From positions 14,500,861 through 14,564,860 of the forward strand of contig OZ316892.1 in NCBI GenBank assembly GCA_973895155.1: 64,000 nt of DNA, read 5' to 3'. Source of the DNA: Marsupella aquatica (taxonomy: Eukaryota; Plantae; Marchantiophyta). Every line of letters starts with the position of its first letter. The first letter of the stretch is position 1. A program made the translations under genes and the position numbers. Positions 49,001 through 60,600 of the stretch are shown piece by piece. A model generated the notes under the pieces. It was not told the DNA's origin. It did no database searches and saw only the letters and a list, made by a program, of their open reading frames with translations.

Positions 49001-49192
49001 CGACGCTCTGTAAAAGAATTGCATGATGAGGGTGCAAATAATCCTAATTTTAGGAATGAATTTGTAACGCCAGTTCAATTGGAGAGTAAATCAATTACCT
49101 ACGTAGACTTGGTCTAGAACTAACTAAAGGTTCTTTGCCAAAGGAATGAATCCTGTGATCTGTAGAAGTATTGGTGACACGAACAGCTGAGG

Positions 49193-49752
49193 TTATCTGA
49201 AGCTTCGGAGACCTGCTTGCCGCTCAGTCTTCGAAGAACTCGCGTGGGTTAATCTCCGCTTCCTGTAAAGGGCATCTGAAGGTAGTCCATTACGATTCCC
49301 AAAGGATGCCCGTTTTCTCAAATTCGGAGCCTGAAAGAGATGGACAAAGACACTGATCAGGATCTGATGTGAATTAAGCGTCTGGATCAATCCAAAGTTT
49401 AATGATACCGTTCACCAAGCATATGCCAAACAGCCTCCTTCACAATCAATTCGATCTGTTTCTTTAGTTCTCGATGAGGCTGGGACAATTGATCTTGAGA
49501 ACAACAGAATGGATAAAATTATGCTCAACCTACGTTGCCTGCCATTATAACCTGAGACTGTAGCCTGGAGCGCATCTGCAAATAGTAAGAACTTACATCA
49601 GTGGAGAACAAATGCGTGATTTCTTTCAGAGGCAGCCTGGGAAACGGTCGGTACAAGACACCAGTTCTCCGCTGGACATTCGATTGATCCGACATGTTTT
49701 CATCGTTCTCCCACTGCAAAGCATTCATGGCGGGAATGACTGCTCGCGCCAT
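49193..49752 (-). CDS. Small two-exon protein (about 110-120 aa) with D-box-like PRLPLKEIT, basic patches and C-terminal LRSFR
   Basis: Exon 1 from ATG 49752 to phase-0 donor at 49533 (GTAGGT) or 49551 (GTTATA); exon 2 from tttcag acceptor, 49330-49193. CT-rich leader-like sequence on the minus strand at 50200-50700. Confidence 0.65.
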
Positions 49753-52688
49753 CTTTACCACACAATTCCGCGGACGACTAGTGATCCTTGTAGTCCAGCC
49801 CAAGCCTGATACCAAAATCTGCCGGTTAACTTTCCACAAGGGAAGTTGGATTTGTGTCCTAAGGCTTGCCTTTATCGCATTCTGAAGGACTGAAAGCCTG
49901 ACCCTGTGACTCCTACATAAATCCTAGAAGTCGTCACGATGGCGGTACTGTCATAACCTCGGGAATCGCCACTAGACTTCACCGGTACAGAAGATTGCGA
50001 GCGTATTAGGCTTCACCGGTACAGAAGATTGTTAGCGTATTGAACCAACTACAGCAGGCAAGGCTCCAGATGATATGCAGAGAACTATAATTATCTGGAG
50101 TCACGGAGTGCGAGCTTCTCAACACTAGCGGAAAGTTCATGCAATTGCTCTAAAAATGTGATCAGATGCGAAACTGGTGGAGAAATCTCGATTGCTCCAC
50201 TAACGAGGGAGCAGAGGCATTGACAGAGAACGCGACCAGTTGCGAGAGCAGTAGAGAGTGCGGAGCAGAACAGAGCAAGGCAGGGAAAGCAACCGGAAGG
50301 ATGTGAAATGGAAGGAACGGTGAAGCAGACGAAGTGTCTTGCGGATCGGAGCAGCGAGGAGCTCATTATATACAGGAGTGCTACCCGCCATGGGAATGGA
50401 GCGAAGGGGGAAAGTCTGAGATGGTGGGAAAGAAAGACGGAGGGAGATCGAGAGCCAGGCAGGTTGAATTCGGATCATGATGATGATGAGGGGTGTCCGG
50501 CTCGCTGGGTGGGTGGGCGGGGGGAAGGACCGAGCAACAGAAGGCAGAAGATTGATCCCACCATCGCTTCAAATTGACCCATCATCTCAAAAGCCCAACT
50601 GAAGATGGGCGCGAGACAGAATCGAGCGAGGGAGGGAGAGAGGACGAGAGGATTTTACAAAAGGGACGAGGGAGGGAAATGGAGGGAGAGAGACTGACCC
50701 AACTGACCAGTCCCTTGGTGCGAAATTTGAAACTTCGAAAGCAGATGGATGTTTCCAATAATCCCTTCAGATCAAAGAACTACAGTATAAAAACTATACA
50801 GATACAACAGACAACAGACAAGAGATCCCCACGAAGGAAGGAGGCAGACTACTGTTACTGTATGTCAGCCGACTTCATGTCACCGAGTCCGGAACCAGAG
50901 CTCCAGACACGGAACCGTACCTAAACCATGCATGGTTAGTTACAGTAGGTTGCAGTAAGGGATCGTGCGACAAAACTGACCGCAGAACTTAAAGGCCTTC
51001 AGATGATCATTTACTGTACTGTACATATAAGCCCACCAAAATAATACAAGAGCCCACGTCAGGTGTAAGGTAAAGCTCCCCACGAGAACATTGTCTCAAT
51101 TTAAAAAGCCAAGAAAAATCCATGGAAAGAGTGCTGTAAATGCACCATTGAAAGCCACTCAAAGTGATCATCGACGGATGGCCTAGAAAGCCAAGAAGGA
51201 TCCACGAGCCTGTGTAAAGTGTAAGGTTAGCCTACCACAAGAGCATTTGTTTTTGTAAAAATCATGACAAAATAGTAAAATGTGGGGAAATTTGCAAGAA
51301 AAATACTTTATCGACAATGTCAATTTCTACTAGGGTATGAGAGATGCCGTCACATTGGTAGCACTGTTGCGTGAGTATGCATAAATTGGATGGGAGGTGG
51401 TTCAAATTTGTTGTTGATAGTAGGTTCCTATGGGAGAAGAAGTTCACGTTTCCACAGCAAGAAAATACAAAAAATTGCTTCAACATGACAAGAAATTGAA
51501 ATGACTAGCCTGTGTGTCCATTCTTTGGATATAAATTTAAGCCATGGCGCCATCTTCAGAGATTCACCCTGAGTCCCCTCAATCCCTGTTGTTCACCCAC
51601 ACTCCCCACTTATGCCCCATGGGCTACAGTCTAGAGACATAGCAAAGGAAAACATGAGGGCTCTCTCACACTAATAAAATGCATGCACAGTCAAAACCTT
51701 CATGCAAGAACCCTGGCAACAAGAGACCATTTTGTCCCATGGCAATGCTGGTTTTTATGTTGTTTTCTCCCCTTTGTTGTCTCCTACCTGTCTCCCCTTT
51801 ATTCTTGTCAAGCTTCCAAAATCAAATTGCAAACTGCATTAATCTAGTTTGAAAGAGTTAACAACCTAAGTTCAATGAGAGGAATGGCTCTTGCTTAATT
51901 ATCTTATTGGCATTCCAATCACTAATTCTTAATTTTTAAATTTTTGCCAGAGTGGCAGATGCACCCAGTGGAGAGTATTCTTTATGTGTGGTCACCCTAG
52001 TAAAAAGAATTAGCCAATGTTTCTTTCTACTCTCCCACCTAGGTTGAGACCCTACTAACTATCCAGAATCTTAGGATTCCCCTTAAGTCTAGGGAGATCT
52101 AATGGTCCAATTTTATCTAAGAGAACTATAGCAGGAAGGAATTTTATTGAAAATTCTACTTCAATCACACCAGGCCATCTTTGCCACAGAAAAAAAAAGG
52201 AAAAGCTTAAAAATAGGGGCAAAACAGCTCCAGGGTAGCACGCTATGTGGAGGGTTGCAAGAGTGGAGGGGCTCGGATGCTCCAAGGTAGCAGGCTGTGT
52301 GGAAGCTTGCAAGAGTGGAGGAGCTTGAGTGGTAGGGATGTGCAAGGGCCACATAGACCGTCCCCAACAAGTCCTTTTACAAACAATGGGTCATGTCATG
52401 GGTTTCTTTCCCTGGAGTGGCCCCATCAAGTCTATCTTGCAAAATTGGCCAAGGTGTTTGGAATACTATTCAAGGCATCGTACTTATAAAGAGTCAACTA
52501 CAAGCTAGATTGGGGCCTAGGCTTCTAGAGTGAAGCCTCTAGACCATAACTCCATGGCCCACCATGTGAATGGGAAAACTCATGGCTATGATGTATGTCA
52601 AATGATAATTGTGCATGAGTTTTGTCAAGATTTCTATTTTACATTCAAAAAATGGGCTCTATGGCTCCACCATAACATATGTGTATAG

Positions 52689-53032
52689 TGTTAGATATTG
52701 TTCTAGTCTTGTGACTCATGAGCTAACCACAGTTAGGCTAACTCGGGTTAGGACTTAGCTAATGTTAGCGGTAGTGTTGTTGTGTATATTTCCAGGGCTG
52801 GTGCCAACCCCTAGTGGAACTTAGGCTCATTGTTACGGAACTAGTTGAGAGATAGGGAGAGCTTGTGCTGTGGATGCTTGGTATGGCCGGTCGGCCTAGA
52901 ATGCAGTCAAGCTCTTGTGTGTTCCCGTGGACGTAGCCTCATGTGGAGGTGAACCACATATCTCTCTGTGTCGACTTTTGTACGTTGGATAGTTCATGGG
53001 CTTGTAGTTGCGAATGCTGTCTATGCTCAACA
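52689..53032 (+). mobile_element. Solo LTR, Ty1/copia-like, copy 4
   Basis: 344 bp, TGTT...AACA, perfect TSD TATAG; closest to copy 3. Confidence 0.93.
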
Positions 53033-53123
53033 TATAGAAAATGAGATGTGCATAGAAAGAAGGATGAGATGTTATGTATGATTGTTAAAATGGTGACATG
53101 CAGGATAATTTTTTTTATCAGTT

Positions 53124-53574
53124 CATTAACCTTCAAAAAATGTGAATAGGGAGTATGTTCAAAGAACGGGGCAGTAGGGGGCTAGTTTTTCCTAAAAGTG
53201 AAGCATCCAGACACTTTCTCTTTGTAGTCTAAAGTCACTTTTCCTTTCTAGTGTAATTGATCTATGACTTTCCCTAGTCCATGGTGTTGGCAAAGAAAAA
53301 CAAAGTTAACCCTCTGTCCATCCTGGCTATACAGTTTGCACAAGCCATCATTAACCTTCAAAAAATGTGAATAGGGAGTATGTTCAAAGAACGGGGTAAT
53401 AGGGGGCTAGTCTTTCCTAAAAGTGAAGCATCAAGACACTTTCTCTTTGTAGTCTAAAGTCACTTTTCCTTTCTAGTGTAAATTGATCTATGACTTTCCC
53501 TAGTCCATGGTGTTGGCAAAGAAAAACAAAGTTAACCCTCTGTCCATCCTGGCTATACAGTTTGCACAAGCCAT
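53124..53574. repeat. Recent tandem duplication, 2 x about 225 bp
   Basis: cattaaccttcaaaaaatgtgaatagggag...gtttgcacaagccat at 53124 and 53349, nearly identical. Confidence 0.95.
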
Positions 53575-53583
53575 TGCCCTTGC

Positions 53584-53819
53584 GTTGCACCTTTGCCATT
53601 TTAGCCATTTCCTTGTTGCAATCAATTTACCATTTTGGTATTTTCATTATGCAGCAATCCAGTTGCACCTTTGCCATTACAGCCATTTCCTTGTTGCAAT
53701 CAATTTACCATTTTGGTAACTTCATTATGCAGCAATTCCAGCTGCACCTTTGCCATTATAGACATTTCCTTGTTGCAATCAATTTACCATTTTGGTAATT
53801 TCATTATGCAGCAATTCCA
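53584..53819. repeat. Tandem repeat, 3 x 78-79 bp
   Basis: g.tgcacctttgccatt..ag.catttccttgttgcaatcaatttaccattttggta..ttcattatgcagcaat at 53584, 53662, 53741. Confidence 0.95.
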
Positions 53820-54667
53820 TTCTTGTGGCCATTTTGTCGTTGGTCAATATTGATGTTGTTGCAAACTAGAATTTAGACTTTAGGGTTCATATTATTTGGA
53901 ATAATTCTTCAAGAGAGAATAGAAAAAATAAGATTAAATGTTCTCTTCTTGATGGACTTTAAACTGTTTTATAAATAATATCTTTCCAACTCAAAACTAT
54001 TTTTTTCATAACTCAAAACTCTAATATTTGTTGTTCAATTTCCGTCATTTTCTTTCAGCAAATGGAGGCAAACATACATACAAATGTTTTTAAATGTAAT
54101 GTGTGGCCTACTTTAAAAAACGAAATCAGACCCCATGTCATCTGAACATCAATTTCAAAGTACCTTCAGATTGAAACCTTTCTATGGATACCCCAAACTA
54201 AGATTCCCCCTTTATTCTTCCTTTCGCCAGATCTCATAGATAAGAAATTTATGACTTAAATCTAACAATATCCAAAAGGAGGACAAGGGGAAAAGGTGGG
54301 GTTGGATATTAAAGTGTTTTGAATTTACAATATATTTTAATGACTTTCAAATAAATCACCCAAATTGGAGTGCTTTAATCTGACACCCAAATTGAGGTCA
54401 TGTGTACTTTTACATCGAATACGCAGTAATTCATCCTCTACCACAACTGTGTTTATCCATTCCATCGCACCAGGCCACGAGAACGGGTCCCACAATATAA
54501 AACACGACAAGTCTCTAATGTAATTTCCTCAGCTGCTCGATAACTTGCTGCAATATTATTCCAGGGCAACTCTAGTGAATTCGGTCGTGAGCACCAATGG
54601 CTACAAGCTAAAGAGCAAATTATTCCTAAAGAATGTCATCTTCCGAATCACATGAGACAGACATATA

Positions 54668-57600
54668 TCACGCGGGGACTTCTACTATTTCCAAATCAAG
54701 CTCTCGCTTTTTATGCTCGGTTGTCATAAGAACGGCAGTCCCACACGAAATCATGGAGTTATCATGAGAAACCTGTGTACAATCCTCGGTAACAGCAATC
54801 AAGGAAATTGCCTCATGTAAGGTGGTGCACGACGTCCTTACTTTCTTATCTACAGATTGCCCACCGGTACTCGCTAACGATGCATCTCCCTGCTGTAATT
54901 CGTCCAGTTTTCGTTTGAGCACTCCTGATGATGATGATGATGATGATGGTCCTTGTCCATCGTTTTCGGCTGCAGGAGTTGGTCTTAGACAACTTAGCAT
55001 CGGCACTTTGCAGGGGTGCCAGATTCCCCTTTCCTGCAAAATCGAAATGAAATCAATCCACAGCTGAGATTAGAGCTAAAAATTCCGAGTACACCTCATG
55101 CAAACAATCATTGAACTCTTCATCATAGAAATGGAGATTGACGTGATATAACGAGAAGGAGGGTCAGCATTTTGGACAAATCAGACTATCTTTCCATCGA
55201 AACAACAAGAGAGGGAGTCCACTTGAGAATCTGACCTCGAGTAAAGCTACCATCTGCTGTGCTGCCTCTTTTTGAGCGGTCCGCTTTTGGAGCTGCGATG
55301 AGGTAGCCGACAATTTGGGCTCAACGCCAAGGTCGACGAAAATTCTAACTGTTGGAATTTTCTCGTCTTGTATCACTTGTAGTATCATCCCAAAATCTCT
55401 CAAATGGCACAGCTCCTGCAACTCGCGGACTGGGTGAAGTGGAAGTGTTTCCGGACTAACGATTGGAGAAAGTAATGGCTTCATCGATTTCCACACTGTG
55501 TCCAGATCAAAGCCTGAATCAACGAGGATGGCTCCAGCGATACTCTCTACCACATCTCCCAAGACCTGAGGGTGAGTTTGACAATGTAATTCAGGATTAG
55601 GAGAGAACATAATCACGGAAAACTCAACATCCTCTGGGAAAGAAAAGACAGTAACGAAGTTCTTGAGCTTCTAGGTACCGACGATATCAAAACAGATGTC
55701 GATCATTTATACAATGAATGCACGTACACGCTGCATGAATGCAAAACTTGCCTTGGGCCCTTTCGCACCGTCCCAGCCATAGGAGGAATTTTTCATGGTG
55801 TCTGCAGAGTTCTTATAGGTTTCGACAAATTCCTCAATTTGCTTCAGGAGGAAGCCTGAGCCGTGCCGAAGATATTTGTTGAGCTTGTGCTTCACAGCAA
55901 CCCGTGCGAAACACTCATTGTTGACTGCTGCGGAGCGAAGATCCGTCAAACGTCCCGGAGTCAAACCGGGATGCGAGAAAAACAAGTGTTTTGTGATCAG
56001 CAAGTCCAGCACTGCATCTCCAAGGAACTCCAGGCGCTGCAGATATGCAAAACCAAATCCAGGTACAATTCTGAGTTTTGCAAACATAATCAAACAGCTT
56101 CAATGCAACCAAAGGAGCTACCACACAAGATCCAGTTGACACATCCAGAAATGCTAAAACCATTGGACACAGATTCCCACGTTCATATAAATCTGAACCG
56201 ATCTCCACATACCATGACACCACCCAGGGCCCCATCTGGAGTTTTACATGACCTGAACTTTTGGTAGATGCTCGACGAAGTCCTTACACAGAATTTATTA
56301 CTCGGCATCGATGCAAAGCAACGATCTATATGACGTGAATACTCATCATAAATGGTATGGAAAAGATTACCTGATAGCAGAACCCGCCTTTGAGCTCCTG
56401 GTGGGATGCATGCGTGATGGCCTCCACAAGAAGCGCTCTGTTTGTGAAAGAATATTTCAGGATAGATTCTAGCGCTTCCAAGTCAGCACCAACATTGACT
56501 GTCGTCAGATCGACCGCTGAATGCGTCCTCGCCCTCACCACTTTCGCTTCATCAACTTCGACTTCGAATCCTGCCCACATCATAAAACTGAGAGCACCAG
56601 AAGCACCGCCCTCCACTAAGTATGCCCCGATCAAAGCTTCTACGACGTCTGATATGGTTTTGGAGCACAGCCAACGGTGGCCATTGGCGCAACTTTTGCC
56701 AATCTTAACCACTTTTGTACTCAGAGGCTTCCCCACATCCTTCTTGTCGTCTGGTACTGTCTCTGTCTGAGATTTCCAAAGGTTGGCCAAATCACAGCGA
56801 CAAAGGAGCACTTTAGGACAGTGCGTTCCTGGAGCAACCCAGCAGCTTGGGTCGAACACTTCGTCCCTTATGTACCCCTGCATCACACGCTCACACCATC
56901 AGAGAACAGCAACACAGCAGTGTTGTACCACAGTCAGGTTAGCAGAAAACTTGTCAGGATTGTAGCTAGCTCGTCCTAACCACTGGGAATAAGGACAGTT
57001 GTAAAGAGGTTTTCTTTTTTCTTTTCCTTTCTTATGGAAAAGAATAAACTTACAGGTAATCCTTTGTTCATGGCCAGGGCATGTAACTTGGCGTTGCAGA
57101 TCTCCCTACAGCGTCGTGCAGAAAGCTGGCCTTCATGTTTAGTCTCAAATTCAAGAAATAAGTAGCTGCTCTGAGCGTATTTTAAGAATGAATCGCCCAA
57201 GAGCTCCAAACCCTCTAAGGAGAACTCTTCCAGGCACCTCGACGTCGTCAGGGCCTCCACTATCTGCAAATACAAAGGAACTTGCTACGTTTACAAGGGA
57301 GTTCACAAGAGACCTTGAACATAACTTGGCAACGTAATTGGAGTGCACATCATTCTTGCTTAACAACAACTGGTGAAAGCAATGCCAAAACTAGCAAGAC
57401 CTGTAGAGGTATGACGAGAGAAAGCCTTACCCTTAATATAGGAATGTTTGGACACTGAGGTCTCTCACCGCTTATCACTCGTCGCAGGTCACTCGCTGTT
57501 AAAGCAGCCTCCAGCCTATGCATGACCGATGGGACCAAGTACGCTGATCTCACTAAAGAGCTTGACACACCCAAAACTACGCATAGCTCTGGGGGGATCT

Positions 57601-60600
57601 CGACAGAGCATGGTTCTGCATCGTCAGCGTTGGCTTTATGTTTCTTCTTCCCTGCAGACGAGATTAAAGTTCGAATGAGCCCAGGGCTGCTAACCATTTT
57701 CGTAACAACCAAATCAAACTTGAAACTTTGGAAGACCACAGCCGACGTATCCGACGCTACCTTTGCCACTGACTGAGTTTCGAGCCAGGAGATTTCGCGC
57801 TCGGTGTGTTTGTTTGGCTTGCAGCAATGGCTGATCGGGATACTTCAACGGATGTTTATGTCTGCCAGAGCCCCACCCCACATTCATAAATCTTCGATGG
57901 GCAGGCAAACAAATGTCATACAGGTTTTCATCATGAGCAAGAAAAGTTGCAACAAAACACAGCAGTTGCGAAGTGTTATAAGTGGAAAAGACATCAACGA
58001 ATTCTATTCCACCAGGATGAGACGACTCACTTTTGTGCGAAATAGTCACTGTAATCCGCGAACTTCAACCCTTCACTTTCTTTCCCATCTTCTTTGAGGT
58101 CGGGAAACGGAGCCTTCGCATTTTTCTTGTGGACTTTTGTGATTACGTAGATCATCCCCGTGTGGATTGTAAGTACCACTGTATCAACAACATCCGACAA
58201 CTTCGTTCGCACTCCAAACGCCATTTGGAGATACTCAGGCTCCAGGCAAGTAGTTGTGGCACAATCGTCCTTTGCGACCTCAGCCTCGGAAGTGGATGAA
58301 GAGGTCACAGGATCAACAGTCGTGTAAATGGAACTAAACTTCTGGAAAGCTGCTGCTGTGTCGGTGATGCTTCTCCAGTCAATCTGTAGGTCAGCTGACT
58401 CTGCAGCTCGAACCCCTGGTTCTGTATCCCTGTTGAGTGGGAGCAACAGGTACATCCTTTCACTATCCCACAACTCCCCAACACTTGCAACAACTAAGGA
58501 TTTGTGAGTCGTAAGAGCTCCAGGTACTTTGCTGGCCCTTGTCAAAAGCTTGCTGAACATCCCATTGAAGAGCAACTCTTGATACTGTTTTGCGTCCCAA
58601 ATCTGTTCCAGAACAACAGTTTTTTCATTTACAAATGCCTATTTAACCGCCTGGAATTTTTCAAAAAGGAGTAGCGATCTGGCTAGTCCAGAATCATATG
58701 AGAGCACAGATATCCCACGGAATGCAATTCTAGCTGCTCGAAAACCGCATGACAAACCAATGTATAAATGTACGCTAATGAGATTTGTCTGAACACTTCA
58801 AGAACAATGCAGATGAAGGAGCACGAGCACTAACGGAAGCCTACAGGAGTAGAAGCTCGATTCGGTGGTAAGGGAGAGATTGGTTAGGTGTGTTTGCGAG
58901 CAGTATCGTGCCAGGTAGGAGTATAAGCGAGTTGGGAGAGATGGTAGAATGGACATGAGAACGGAAGAAGGGGAAATTAGAGAGGAATTTGCCTTGCGAT
59001 CGCAAGAAAGCGAAACCAGACAAGAAGACACGAACAGGTCCTGGGCATTTCGTTTGAGGTTGTGATCATACGGAGACAAAAGTATGAAGGCGCAGTAAGG
59101 CAAGGTTTCATCAGTAAAATCACAATTGACCCATTACAAACTGGAAGTCAATTTCGGTGTCACGAACATGAAACACCTTTACATCGCTCACTACCCCAGC
59201 TGAGAGCTCTGGCAACATCCAGTCGCTCACACACTAATGTATTGCCAAAGGGTCCCAAAGCCGGGTAGGAGAAGGAGCATCAGCGGCAACAACCACACGA
59301 ATATGCAAGTAGACTACGATGTTTACTTTATCAAGAAACTACCGTCGGACCTCTGCTGACACATAAAATTAAATTAAAAATGAGACTTGTCTGTACCTGC
59401 TCAGGAGTGAGATCAATTTTGCCAGCAGGGCAAAAGGTGGCTGTAGCCATTCTTCCCAACCTTAATGCAAGGTCTACTGTCAACCGAGCCACATCCTCAT
59501 CCAGCACGGTCTCAACCAGAATAGCGAAACCTCTGTAAAGATTGTTATCGTCAGACTCCGAAGAGAACGTGAGTTTGTAAGCGTGCAAACTTGTTCTGTT
59601 TTTGCTGTCGCCCCACGACCCTGTCAGTGCCGACGTTATGATCGTATCATGCAGCTCTTTCTGTTTGGTTGTACCTGAAAACAAATAGTTTCCAACTCCT
59701 TTAGTGGGATTGTAATTGACACAAACAGCGATAGAAGAAAATCTGCAGTTGGAACAGTGAAAAATGATTAGTGTATGGAACAGACGAAAGTATTTCTCTA
59801 CCTGCTCCGCGATTCTTGGTGGTGCCCAAGTTCATTACTTCCGCTTCATCAAATTTTTCGTCTTCGATGACCGGTAAGAGGTAGTCACTGATTGCTCCCT
59901 CTGCGTGCAATCTTTTACAAGCTTCCAGGCATGCCGCCTGCTTTGCAAGAAGCTGAACCTTCTTTGCAGGCCCCGTTACTTCAGGTATAATGGAGTTCGG
60001 AGGTAATCTTACGGTGCACGCATGCATCCCATCCGGTTCTGGAGAGAAACTGAACTCTGGCTTCGGAGTGTAATACCTGTAAATCCAGGGGGTGCATGCT
60101 GTTTAGGACTGAAATCCGCTGAAAGGAAACGATTTCAATCTGAGAGAGCAAGCCAAACCATATATCATTTTAGGAAAGGGTTCAGTTCGGGAGAGTGCTT
60201 ACTTGTCTCCGGGCAATTTGGAGCAGTAGCGATACATAAAATTAATACTAGAGTCTGTTGTAAGGACAGCTCCTGTACTTTCCACGCGAAAGCTTTCTAG
60301 TTCATTGATTGTAGGAGGTGCAGTACAAGCAGCCGGTCCGTCGGGCCTGTCCGCAGCCTTCTCAGTCATTTTCAGCTCACTTTGGACTATATTTCTGAAG
60401 TCCTCTTTCTCTTTTTCGTTGTCCCTACAGATTCACGCCCGCATTGGTAAGAAGTAGAGTAGGGAAAAGCTTGGACCAAAGGTGAGCTTTCACACATATC
60501 CACACCCACATCCTCACGAGTTGCGATAAAATAAATTTCAGTTCTGAAAGCAGGACATCTCTTACAAAACCTACTTTTCCATGAAAACAATGTAGTCTGA

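Noticed and set aside
46100-49190. Possible additional gene between SWC2 and the small D-box gene
   Set aside because: Only short unrelated ORFs; looks like 3' UTR/intergenic DNA of convergent genes.
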